This document shows positions 8,716 through 21,002 of a DNA stretch of 64,000 nucleotides, piece by piece (position 1 is the first letter of the stretch; each line of letters opens with the position of its first letter). Made by a program: the position numbers and the translations under genes. Location: NCBI GenBank assembly GCA_040954595.2, contig CM082577.2, positions 15,445,903-15,509,902 on the forward strand. Direction: 5' to 3'. The notes below the pieces were generated by a model. It made no database searches and was not told the origin of the DNA. It saw only the letters and a program-made list of their open reading frames with translations. Source of the stretch: Balanoglossus misakiensis. Lineage: Eukaryota > Animalia > Hemichordata.

Positions 8716-10056
8716 ATGGCTAGCTGGCGCAGGAAGAGACAAGGCAATGTGCGGTCTGTAATCAACGAACGGCACCGCTCAGTTCAGTGTCCCTTTCTTC
8801 AAAAGTGGATCGGTGAGCAATTGGTATTTTCAGGTCGTTCAGAGGATGAAGTCCAGTCCAGTACTGTATTTGAGAGCTACAAATGTTGGGTTGAAAACTA
8901 TTCGTCGGCGGACAATCAAGTAATGATTATGGTTACTAAAGCTCGATTTTTCAAGGTGAGAATGATCGCATTTTTCTTTCCCCCCCCCCCCTCCCTCCCT
9001 CCCTCCCTCCCCCAAGGGACTCGTTTTCTGTCTCTTTTAAACCTGTAACTTAACGAAAAGGAAGTTTTTCACATATCTCTTCGTTGACACTATAGCAATT
9101 TGGAGCGCGGATGCTTCAAGAGAAGAGCGTTACCAAATCAAAGTCGGCCGGGGTTAATATTTATAGAGGTGTTCGTCTGAAAGCTGGTTCGCGAAGAATC
9201 TCAACGGGGAAACCTGAGCACAGTGTACTTCAGACCAGGGCAAGGGCATTTCTTGATGACGCCAGCGTGACCGTTCCGATCGAGGTAAGAATGGTGTTTT
9301 GTTTGGACTAGGACAATAGAACGTTGCAATGAGTGTGTCAATGGGTGTCCAAGTGCAAACGTGGTCTGCTTCTGTCCACAAATGCCATTAATTTTTGGCA
9401 GGATTTATAAAATTGTCAATGAAGAATACAAAAATGAAAAACAACAGTTAATAGCAAACTGGTAGGATTGCAAGGGCTTGTAAAACGGTACACACTGTAC
9501 CAGGAAGTTTGCAACACTAATGAAGAATGTATATGATATATTTAGGTGAGAACTGTTCGCGATCGCCGGGACGCAGGACGGTGCGCGTTTTCGACGAGGG
9601 ATATTCAAGCCTGGGACGTCGTCTGCGAATACCGGGGCACGGTTATTAGCGTTGAAGAAGCTAGTCGGCGTGATGAGCTTTACAGGGCAGAGGGGAAACG
9701 ACCACGCATGTTCCATCTCTACATTGGAAAGAGACACGTTGTGTGAGTGTATCACTTAGTCGAATATATGGTCATATATTGCAAAGCATCTGTCGAAATA
9801 GAAAACGTAATATTGTCTATATTTTCCTCATTAACGCAGCATTGACGGATACGATGTCCCAGCCGGTGAAGAAAATTTAGCAGGCCTAATAAATCACAGT
9901 CAGCAGAACGCCAACTTGGTACCGGTTCGGATCGGAGAGCGCCTGGTTTTCTTTGCAACCAGGAATCTTTGTCAGGGAGTAGAGCTTTTGTATGATTACG
10001 GTGACGGGGGTGAAGAGGATTTCTTCAGTGGTTCTCAAACTTTTCCTGAAAATTAA
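8716..10056 (+). CDS. Spliced 280-aa protein: winged-helix-like domain plus PR-Set7/SETD8-like SET domain. Exons 8716-8955, 9096-9284, 9546-9742, 9840-10056
   Basis: Three GT-AG introns (AAG|gtgaga..tatag, GAG|gtaaga..tttag, GT|gtgagt..cgcag) give an open 843-nt frame. SET motifs: GRCAFSTRDI..WDVVCEYRG, IDG, GLINHS..NANL, ELLYDYG. N-terminus W..E......V.S..VFESYKCW....RFFK......IYRGVRLK resembles D5-primase C-terminal/RFX winged helix. Confidence 0.85.
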
Positions 10057-10962
10057 GGCATTAACACATCAACGCTTCGGGGTGTCGTAACGGCGGCGCG
10101 GCGGGGGGGGGGGGGGGGACGTGAAAATGTTTGTATCAGGAACAAAATTCCCGTGCAAATCACCTTGATCCGGGTGGGTGGACTATTCGCGACAAATGTT
10201 GAAATCATACAAAGCATTTTACTTAATTAACCCATTTTTTTCATTTATTTGTTTACAGTTTACAACGTCATAGAGAAGTTGAACTAGAGACTGGATCAGC
10301 GTGGGTGACACCATAGTACACCAATGTTTTCTTCAGTTTGATTCAATTGTAATTTAAAACTGAGATTGCCTAACGCTTTCCCAGATTTTTTTAACCACTG
10401 AGAAACTGTGGGTTTTTTTCTGGGTTTTGGTGCGAGGTGATCTCAGTCAGTGGTGTTAATTTAATTAATCATTTTCTTTTCCTATTTACGTCGACTGAAA
10501 TGTATTTTGATAGGTGATAGTCATACCATAAAAAAAATCTTACGGCGCGACTGCCAAAATGTACATTTATTTGTCCGTTCCAAGTTATTTTGTGTATGTG
10601 TGATGGGTGCCGGTGACTGTGCAGGGTTGATTTCCCTAGAGCGACTGTTATATTCGTTTTCCAACGATGATGAATTTACATGTTATTTGCTTGGCATTTT
10701 GACGCAGAGACACTTCTGAAAACACAAACCTATTAATTATGCCACGGGTGTAAATTGATCACATTAAAAGAGGCTTTAGACGTTTGCCGCGAGCTCCTGG
10801 TGGGCAGAATCTTGTCAGCCCAAATTTGACTATAAGTACATAGCCAATGATGTGACGCTCTCCCACATCCTTCGCCGCGCCTTTTCGCTGATTTACAGCA
10901 TCTTGCGTAAACACTGTCATTTGATCTTGCTTGGCAGAAGTCAACTTGCTCTATACTACATT

Positions 10963-11328
10963 ATGGCGGCCAAGCTCAACTGCATATCAGATAATGCCAA
11001 GGAGCGTTTGAGAGGCATCCTCGCCAGAAGGAGTCGCGTTTCCGGTGACTGTGTGCTCTGGACGGGTGCAGCTTGTCGAAACGGCTATGGCTCTATTACG
11101 TTCAGAGATGAGAACACTCTAACCGCCTATGTCCATCACATTGCACTCCTAATTAACGGAGTGCAATTGGTGGGCAGGCGGTTAGAGTGTTCTCATCTTT
11201 GCAACGAAAAGCTATGCATCCGCCCAGAGCACATTGTCCAGGAAACGCGACTCCTAAACATTTCACGAAAGACGTGCTTTAAATCCCCAAAAGGGGAGTG
11301 TCACCACGATCCCAGGTGCCTAAGGTGA
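10963..11328 (+). CDS. His-Cys-box / His-Me finger endonuclease (I-PpoI-like zinc-binding loop), 121 aa
   Basis: CVLWTG....GYG...YVHH, SHLCNEKLCIRPEHIVQE....N.SRKTC.....C.H.P.C. First ATG (attATGG) at 10963 within the listed 10852-11328 ORF. Confidence 0.85.
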   Translation: MAAKLNCISDNAKERLRGILARRSRVSGDCVLWTGAACRNGYGSITFRDENTLTAYVHHIALLINGVQLVGRRLECSHLCNEKLCIRPEHIVQETRLLNISRKTCFKSPKGECHHDPRCLR

Positions 11329-11580
11329 GTAATCCTCTTCTCATTTGATATGTATTGTGTGACCCTGCAGTTGAAACGCTTTCATCAATAATTTGCGGCG
11401 CGTGGGTAATCTCGGTGTTATTGACAATGCAGCCGGCCCAAACATTTTTAAATTAACACTGTTTCTGACTGTATTAACGAAATGTCCAATTTGCAAGTAG
11501 CCTATAGACAACCCTTTTGAATGAGTTTTGTCTCGTTGAGATTTTATACATAAGGAACAATCTAGATTTATTTTAGAAGA

Positions 11581-11994
11581 CACTGTTCTTTTAAAACAGC
11601 TAGCATAATACAGCTAAATTTCGGAATTTCCGGACAATTTTCGGAATTCCTTTTAAATTTGAGAAATTTTTCATCAGATATAAGTGTTACTATTTATTGG
11701 ACATGTTTTTATCATTGTTTACTTTTTAAGGTCATTCTCACCCCCCCCCCCCCAAAAAAAGCCGCTTTAGGCTTCATGTTCAGTAAAAAATCTGGAAAGT
11801 TCAGCTGAATTTTACACTGATCACACATTTTTGGGAAGGTCTGGCGCAAAATAAAGGATGACAAATGTAAATCTAATGTCACATTTGTAAACCTCTAAGT
11901 ATTGTACACTCATTCTATTAAGTATATGCAAATAGTACGGATAATTTTTTCGGAATGTGGAATTCCGAAATTAGTTCGGAACGTGTTAGCAGTG
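11581..11994. mobile_element. Degenerate TIR element with CACTG...CAGTG ends and AAGA flanking direct repeat
   Basis: aaga|CACTG at 11581 and CAGTG|aaga at 11994. Subterminal ttccggacaattttcggaattcc (~11628-11650) pairs with ggaattccgaaattagttcggaa (~11959-11981). Confidence 0.45.
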
Positions 11995-12236
11995 AAGAGA
12001 TCACCACTGAGGGTTGGAAGGCCTTGCCAGAAATTAACGCGTAAAGTACGCCCTCACAGGCCATGTAAACAAGGTCAAATAAGGCCGTCTGGCAAACGAA
12101 TGATTAATTCAACGCGCCATTTGAGCCGAGCTGAGTTGGTCTGAGTTGCGTATCACACAGACTTAGGCTGAATGTCAGTGGAGTAACCAGTCCGTTTTAG
12201 ATTTACCAATGATGTGAATTTAATTTCTTCACCCAG

Positions 12237-12640
12237 AAAAACAGAACACAACTTGTCTGCAACATGATGCTGGAGGTGACACATGACAGAGAAGTGGATC
12301 CGCGTTGTCAACACAGATGCCAGCATTCAAAAGGGGAGTGCCACCTGCTAAAATCAACTCATCTGCTGTTGGCCCATTTTACCTGTGGCAACTGTTCAGA
12401 GGAGACAACGTTTATTCCGTGCAAGCCAACACGCAATGTTGGGGTCTACCTGTCAACACAGATGCAAGCATTCATGTGAGTGAGTATCAGGACTGACCTT
12501 GTATTTGCTGAATAATTCATAATGCCTATTTTAGAATTCTTAGAGGCATTTGGAGTTCATTGCCTGGTCAACCAAACTACACCCCTTAACAGCTGAAACA
12601 AAATGCGTATTGTGTTCATTCATTCATTGCATCAATATAT
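12237..12640 (+). repeat. Diverged copy of the array unit (exon-like 12237-12479 plus intron-like remainder)
   Basis: Shares aactcatctgctgt, acagatgc.agcattcat, gagtgagt, tgcctatt.tagaattctta, cattg.ctggtca and ttcattcattcattgc.atcaatatat with the array unit, in the same order. Confidence 0.9.
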
Positions 12641-12947
12641 ATAGGCAACATGAGTATCAAGTAGCACTATTTGTTTACGATTGTATTCATGAAAACTTCC
12701 CACTAACAATTCCACAGTTAATATTGAACACATTTATCCAACAAGGTCAAAAGAAAAAGGGAATCTTCTGGTTCCAAAATACGCCACAAATGTGGGTCAA
12801 CATACAGTGAAATATTATGGTGCTCAAATATGCAACATATCAAATCTGTCTCATCAAAGTCATGCTTTAAAAAAGAATTGAAAAGGTATTATTTATCCAT
12901 TTGACTGCTGTATTTTCAGAAGGAAAACAAACTGAATTTGGTTTTTC

Positions 12948-15900
12948 AAGTACCTTATATTTTCTGTAAAATAGACATTTAATTGGCAAGCCGTCCTGCA
13001 TCAATTATTAATTGTGTACATGCACTAAAGCGCCCTCACTGCTGGGTGTGTTGTATGGTCTTTAACCCTGTTTCAAATTAGAGTACTTTCTGCAATTTCA
13101 AGACAGATCTTACGTGCCATTGGAGAGCTCCATTGACTGGTCATTCATACTGTTTTCATTCATTCATTGCGGCATCAATATATTTTATCTATTCTAGCCA
13201 AAGAGCTTGGCACCTGTTGAAATGAACTCATCTGCTGTGGGCCAGTTTATTGGTGGCAGTTGAGCTGAGGAGAGCACCTTCCTTCCCGGCACGCCACCAA
13301 GTAAAGTTCCACGCCGCCCACCACAGATGCCAGCATTCATTCATGCGAGTGAGTGTAATTGCAAATTTGCCTATTCTAGATCTGTAATGGAAATGGAGAA
13401 AGTACCTTATATTTTCTGTAAAATAGACATTTAATTGGCAAGCCGTCCTGCATCAATTATTAATTGTGTACATGCACTAAAGCGCCCTCACTGCTGGGTG
13501 TGTTGTATGGTCTTTAACCCTGTTTCAAATTAGAGTACTTTCTGCAATTTCAAGACAGATCTTACGTGCCATTGGAGAGCTCCATTGACTGGTCATTCAT
13601 ACTGTTTTCATTCATTCATTGCGGCATCAATATATTTTATCTATTCTAGCCAAAGAGCTTGGCACCTGTTGAAATGAACTCATCTGCTGTGGGCCAGTTT
13701 ATTGGTGGCAGTTGAGCTGAGGAGAGCACCTTCCTTCCCGGCACGCCACCAAGTAAAGTTCCACGCCGCCCACCACAGATGCCAGCATTCATTCATGCGA
13801 GTGAGTGTAATTGCAAATTTGCCTATTCTAGATCTGTAATGGAAATGGAGAAAGTACCTTATATTTTCTGTAAAATAGACATTTAATTGGCAAGCCGTCC
13901 TGCATCAATTATTAATTGTGTACATGCACTAAAGCGCCCTCACTGCTGGGTGTGTTGTATGGTCTTTAACCCTGTTTCAAATTAGAGTACTTTCTGCAAT
14001 TTCAAGACAGATCTTACGTGCCATTGGAGAGCTCCATTGACTGGTCATTCATACTGTTTTCATTCATTCATTGCGGCATCAATATATTTTATCTATTCTA
14101 GCCAAAGAGCTTGGCACCTGTTGAAATGAACTCATCTGCTGTGGGCCAGTTTATTGGTGGCAGTTGAGCTGAGGAGAGCACCTTCCTTCCCGGCACGCCA
14201 CCAAGTAAAGTTCCACGCCGCCCACCACAGATGCCAGCATTCATTCATGCGAGTGAGTGTAATTGCAAATTTGCCTATTCTAGATCTGTAATGGAAATGG
14301 AGAAAGTACCTTATATTTTCTGTAAAATAGACATTTAATTGGCAAGCCGTCCTGCATCAATTATTAATTGTGTACATGCACTAAAGCGCCCTCACTGCTG
14401 GGTGTGTTGTATGGTCTTTAACCCTGTTTCAAATTAGAGTACTTTCTGCAATTTCAAGACAGATCTTACGTGCCATTGGAGAGCTCCATTGACTGGTCAT
14501 TCATACTGTTTTCATTCATTCATTGCGGCATCAATATATTTTATCTATTCTAGCCAAAGAGCTTGGCACCTGTTGAAATGAACTCATCTGCTGTGGGCCA
14601 GTTTATTGGTGGCAGTTGAGCTGAGGAGAGCACCTTCCTTCCCGGCACGCCACCAAGTAAAGTTCCACGCCGCCCACCACAGATGCCAGCATTCATTCAT
14701 GCGAGTGAGTGTAATTGCAAATTTGCCTATTCTAGATTCTTACGTGCCATTGGAGAGCTCCATTGACTGGTCATTCATACTGTTTTCATTCATTCATTGC
14801 GGCATCAATATATTTTATCTATTCTAGCCAAAGAGCTTGGCACCTGTTGAAATGAACTCATCTGCTGTGGGCCAGTTTATTGGTGGCAGTTGAGCTGAGC
14901 AGAGCACCTTCCTTCCCGGCACGCCACCAAGTAAAGTTCCACGCCGCCCACCACAGATGCCAGCATTCATTCATGCGAGTGAGTGTAATTGCAAATTTGC
15001 CTATTCTAGAATCTTACGTGCCATTGGAGAGCTCCATTGACTGGTCATTCATACTGTTTTCATTCATTCATTGCGGCATCAATATATTTTATCTATTCTA
15101 GCCAAAGAGCTTGGCACCTGTTGAAATGAACTCATCTGCTGTGGGCCAGTTTATTGGTGGCAGTTGAGCTGAGGAGAGCACCTTCCTTCCCGGCACGCCA
15201 CCAAGTAAAGTTCCACGCCGCCCACCACAGATGCCAGCATTCATTCATGCGAGTGAGTGTAATTGCAAATTTGCCTATTCTAGATCTGTAATGGAAATGG
15301 AGAAAGTACCTTATATTTTCTGTAAAATAGACATTTAATTGGCAAGCCGTCCTGCATCAATTATTAATTGTGTACATGCACTAAAGCGCCCTCACTGCTG
15401 GGTGTGTTGTATGGTCTTTAACCCTGTTTCAAATTAGAGTACTTTCTGCAATTTCAAGACAGATCTTACGTGCCATTGGAGAGCTCCATTGACTGGTCAT
15501 TCATACTGTTTTCATTCATTCATTGCGGCATCAATATATTTTATCTATTCTAGCCAAAGAGCTTGGCACCTGTTGAAATGAACTCATCTGCTGTGGGCCA
15601 GTTTATTGGTGGCAGTTGAGCTGAGGAGAGCACCTTCCTTCCCGGCACGCCACCAAGTAAAGTTCCACGCCGCCCACCACAGATGCCAGCATTCATTCAT
15701 GCGAGTGAGTGTAATTGCAAATTTGCCTATTCTAGATCTGTAATGGAAATGGAGAAAGTACCTTATATTTTCTGTAAAATAGACATTTAATTGGCAAGCC
15801 GTCCTGCATCAATTATTAATTGTGTACATGCACTAAAGCGCCCTCACTGCTGGGTGTGTTGTATGGTCTTTAACCCTGTTTCAAATTAGAGTACTTTCTG

Positions 15901-18900
15901 CAATTTCAAGACAGATCTTACGTGCCATTGGAGAGCTCCATTGACTGGTCATTCATACTGTTTTCATTCATTCATTGCGGCATCAATATATTTTATCTAT
16001 TCTAGCCAAAGAGCTTGGCACCTGTTGAAATGAACTCATCTGCTGTGGGCCAGTTTATTGGTGGCAGTTGAGCTGAGGAGAGCACCTTCCTTCCCGGCAC
16101 GCCACCAAGTAAAGTTCCACGCCGCCCACCACAGATGCCAGCATTCATTCATGCGAGTGAGTGTAATTGCAAATTTGCCTATTCTAGATCTGTAATGGAA
16201 ATGGAGAAAGTACCTTATATTTTCTGTAAAATAGACATTTAATTGGCAAGCCGTCCTGCATCAATTATTAATTGTGTACATGCACTAAAGCGCCCTCACT
16301 GCTGGGTGTGTTGTATGGTCTTTAACCCTGTTTCAAATTAGAGTACTTTCTGCAATTTCAAGACAGATCTTACGTGCCATTGGAGAGCTCCATTGACTGG
16401 TCATTCATACTGTTTTCATTCATTCATTGCGGCATCAATATATTTTATCTATTCTAGCCAAAGAGCTTGGCACCTGTTGAAATGAACTCATCTGCTGTGG
16501 GCCAGTTTATTGGTGGCAGTTGAGCTGAGGAGAGCACCTTCCTTCCCGGCACGCCACCAAGTAAAGTTCCACGCCGCCCACCACAGATGCCAGCATTCAT
16601 TCATGCGAGTGAGTGTAATTGCAAATTTGCCTATTCTAGATCTGTAATGGAAATGGAGAAAGTACCTTATATTTTCTGTAAAATAGACATTTAATTGGCA
16701 AGCCGTCCTGCATCAATTATTAATTGTGTACATGCACTAAAGCGCCCTCACTGCTGGGTGTGTTGTATGGTCTTTAACCCTGTTTCAAATTAGAGTACTT
16801 TCTGCAATTTCAAGACAGATCTTACGTGCCATTGGAGAGCTCCATTGACTGGTCATTCATACTGTTTTCATTCATTCATTGCGGCATCAATATATTTTAT
16901 CTATTCTAGCCAAAGAGCTTGGCACCTGTTGAAATGAACTCATCTGCTGTGGGCCAGTTTATTGGTGGCAGTTGAGCTGAGGAGAGCACCTTCCTTCCCG
17001 GCACGCCACCAAGTAAAGTTCCACGCCGCCCACCACAGATGCCAGCATTCATTCATGCGAGTGAGTGTAATTGCAAATTTGCCTATTCTAGATCTGTAAT
17101 GGAAATGGAGAAAGTACCTTATATTTTCTGTAAAATAGACATTTAATTGGCAAGCCGTCCTGCATCAATTATTAATTGTGTACATGCACTAAAGCGCCCT
17201 CACTGCTGGGTGTGTTGTATGGTCTTTAACCCTGTTTCAAATTAGAGTACTTTCTGCAATTTCAAGACAGATCTTACGTGCCATTGGAGAGCTCCATTGA
17301 CTGGTCATTCATACTGTTTTCATTCATTCATTGCGGCATCAATATATTTTATCTATTCTAGCCAAAGAGCTTGGCACCTGTTGAAATGAACTCATCTGCT
17401 GTGGGCCAGTTTATTGGTGGCAGTTGAGCTGAGGAGAGCACCTTCCTTCCCGGCACGCCACCAAGTAAAGTTCCACGCCGCCCACCACAGATGCCAGCAT
17501 TCATTCATGCGAGTGAGTGTAATTGCAAATTTGCCTATTCTAGATCTGTAATGGAAATGGAGAAAGTACCTTATATTTTCTGTAAAATAGACATTTAATT
17601 GGCAAGCCGTCCTGCATCAATTATTAATTGTGTACATGCACTAAAGCGCCCTCACTGCTGGGTGTGTTGTATGGTCTTTAACCCTGTTTCAAATTAGAGT
17701 ACTTTCTGCAATTTCAAGACAGATCTTACGTGCCATTGGAGAGCTCCATTGACTGGTCATTCATACTGTTTTCATTCATTCATTGCGGCATCAATATATT
17801 TTATCTATTCTAGCCAAAGAGCTTGGCACCTGTTGAAATGAACTCATCTGCTGTGGGCCAGTTTATTGGTGGCAGTTGAGCTGAGGAGAGCACCTTCCTT
17901 CCCGGCACGCCACCAAGTAAAGTTCCACGCCGCCCACCACAGATGCCAGCATTCATTCATGCGAGTGAGTGTAATTGCAAATTTGCCTATTCTAGATCTG
18001 TAATGGAAATGGAGAAAGTACCTTATATTTTCTGTAAAATAGACATTTAATTGGCAAGCCGTCCTGCATCAATTATGAATTGTGTACATGCACTAAAGCG
18101 CCCTCACTGCTGGGTGTGTTGTATGGTCTTTAACCCTGTTTCAAATTAGAGTACTTTCTGCAATTTCAAGACAGATCTTACGTGCCATTGGAGAGCTCCA
18201 TTGACTGGTCATTCATACTGTTTTCATTCATTCATTGCGGCATCAATATATTTTATCTATTCTAGCCAAAGAGCTTGGCACCTGTTGAAATGAACTCATC
18301 TGCTGTGGGCCAGTTTATTGGTGGCAGTTGAGCTGAGAAGAGCACCTTCCTTCCCGGCACGCCACCAAGTAAAGTTCCACGCCGCCCACCACAGATGCCA
18401 GCATTCATTCATGCGAGTGAGTGTAATTGCAAATTTGCCTATTCTAGATCTGTAATGGAAATGGAGAAAGTACCTTATATTTTCTGTAAAATAGACATTT
18501 AATTGGCAAGCCGTCCTGCATCAATTATGAATTGTGTACATGCACTAAAGCGCCCTCACTGCTGGGTGTGTTGTATGGTCTTTAACCCTGTTTCAAATTA
18601 GAGTACTTTCTGCAATTTCAAGACAGATCTTACGTGCCATTGGAGAGCTCCATTGACTGGTCATTCATACTGTTTTCATTCATTCATTGCGGCATCAATA
18701 TATTTTATCTATTCTAGCCAAAGAGCTTGGCACCTGTTGAAATGAACTCATCTGCTGTGGGCCAGTTTATTGGTGGCAGTTGAGCTGAGCAGAGCACCTT
18801 CCTTCCCGGCACGCCACCAAGTAAAGTTCCACGCCGCCCACCACAGATGCCAGCATTCATTCATGCGAGTGAGTGTAATTGCAAATTTGCCTATTCTAGA

Positions 18901-20615
18901 TCTGTAATGGAAATGGAGAAAGTACCTTATATTTTCTGTAAAATAGACATTTAATTGGCAAGCCGTCCTGCATCAATTATGAATTGTGTACATGCACTAA
19001 AGCGCCCTCACTGCTGGGTGTGTTGTATGGTCTTTAACCCTGTTTCAAATTAGAGTACTTTCTGCAATTTCAAGACAGATCTTACGTGCCATTGGAGAGC
19101 TCCATTGACTGGTCATTCATACTGTTTTCATTCATTCATTGCGGCATCAATATATTTTATCTATTCTAGCCAAAGAGCTTGGCACCTGTTGAAATGAACT
19201 CATCTGCTGTGGGCCAGTTTATTGGTGGCAGTTGAGCTGAGAAGAGCACCTTCCTTCCCGGCACGCCACCAAGTAAAGTTCCACGCCGCCCACCACAGAT
19301 GCCAGCATTCATTCATGCGAGTGAGTGTAATTGCAAATTTGCCTATTCTAGATCTGTAATGGAAATGGAGAAAGTACCTTATATTTTCTGTAAAATAGAC
19401 ATTTAATTGGCAAGCCGTCCTGCATCAATTATGAATTGTGTACATGCACTAAAGCGCCCTCACTGCTGGGTGTGTTGTATGGTCTTTAACCCTGTTTCAA
19501 ATTAGAGTACTTTCTGCAATTTCAAGACAGATCTTACGTGCCATTGGAGAGCTCCATTGACTGGTCATTCATACTGTTTTCATTCATTCATTGCGGCATC
19601 AATATATTTTATCTATTCTAGCCAAAGAGCTTGGCACCTGTTGAAATGAACTCATCTGCTGTGGGCCAGTTTATTGGTGGCAGTTGAGCTGAGGAGAGCA
19701 CCTTCCTTCCCGGCACGCCACCAAGTAAAGTTCCACGCCGCCCACCACAGATGCCAGCATTCATTCATGCGAGTGAGTGTAATTGCAAATTTGCCTATTC
19801 TAGATCTGTAATGGAAATGGAGAAAGTACCTTATATTTTCTGTAAAATAGACATTTAATTGGCAAGCCGTCCTGCATCAATTATTAATTGTGTACATGCA
19901 CTAAAGCGCCCTCACTGCTGGGTGTGTTGTATGGTCTTTAACCCTGTTTCAAATTAGAGTACTTTCTGCAATTTCAAGACAGATCTTACGTGCCATTGGA
20001 GAGCTCCATTGACTGGTCATTCATACTGTTTTCATTCATTCATTGCGGCATCAATATATTTTACAGCCGAAATTATGAAAGGTCGCCGATTCAATATGTG
20101 ATCTAGACGTCCTGTGTGCACTGAACACACGATGTGTTTATCTAACACAAACAACAGAACCTCTCATAAAAGAGATGCGGTATCATTAGACTAATTACAG
20201 ATGGTAGTCTGGAAACACGCTCCCCCTCAGAGAGAGTTGTTTACTTGGGTACGATGTCAAAGTTTAATCTCAAAGTGTATACGCTTTATGTTGAGAGTGT
20301 ACCCAAGTAAACAACTCTCTCTGAGGGGGAGCGTGTTTCCAGACTACCATCTGTAATTAGTCTAATGATACCGCATCTCTTTTATGAGAGGTTCTGTTGT
20401 TTGTGTTAGATAAACACATCGTGTGTTCAGTGCACACAGGACGTCTAGATCACATATTGAATCGGCGACCTTTCATAATTTCGGCTGTATCTATTCTAGC
20501 CAAAGAGCTTGGCACCTGTTGAAATGAACTCATCTGCTGTGGGCCAGTTTATTGGTGGCAGTTGAGCTGAGGAGAGCACCTTCCTTCCCGGCACGCCACC
20601 AAGTACAGTTCCACG
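12948..20615 (+). repeat. Tandem array segment 2
   Basis: Begins inside the 177-bp insert (aagtaccttat...). Mostly 452-bp units, with two 274-bp units near 14470-15020 and the MITE at 20064-20487. Confidence 0.98.
20064..20487. mobile_element. 424-bp TA-flanked MITE, copy 2
   Basis: Same sequence and same insertion site as 4238-4661, offset 15826. Confidence 0.95.
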
Positions 20616-21002
20616 TGCATTCCTGGCCCTGGTTTTATTTATGTTTACAGACAATATTGCATTTTTGTACAAGTATTTTAATCAACTATAAATTTTGAAT
20701 GTGTCATTTACCTGAACCGGTCATGTTGACCAGAATGATACATTTCTGCCTTCACTCACCCTATAAATATGTGATTGAGACATAGGTCATTTGCATAAGC
20801 TAACATACCAGAAAGTAAGCATATCTGTTGTTTTCCCTGTGTCACTGCCATCAAAGTAAAAATTAGACGTTGTGTAGAGCAAACTCCAATTTTTTGTTCT
20901 CAATAAACATGGATGAATTACATAGAATGTGTTTGTTGTTTACAGTCTTTAAATGACACATTAGATTATGCACTTTACAAAACGTTTCTGAGAAACAAGT
21001 GA

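Larger units (their letters stand above)
4790..12947. mobile_element. Transposon-like gene cassette, copy 1 (split transposase, wH-SET gene, His-Me endonuclease, diverged array unit)
   Basis: Unique sequence between array segments with compact TE-type genes. No TIR or TSD found at the array junctions. Confidence 0.7.

Noticed and set aside
8716-9958. ORFs 8716-9048, 9111-9311 and 9546-9746 as separate genes, plus antisense ORFs
   Set aside because: Better explained as exons of one spliced gene. The poly-Pro stretch is an intronic C/CCCT tract.
10507-12810. ORFs at 10507, 10759, 11341, 11902, 12264, 12305 and 12550
   Set aside because: Short, mostly non-ATG starts, no motifs. The last three lie in the diverged repeat unit.
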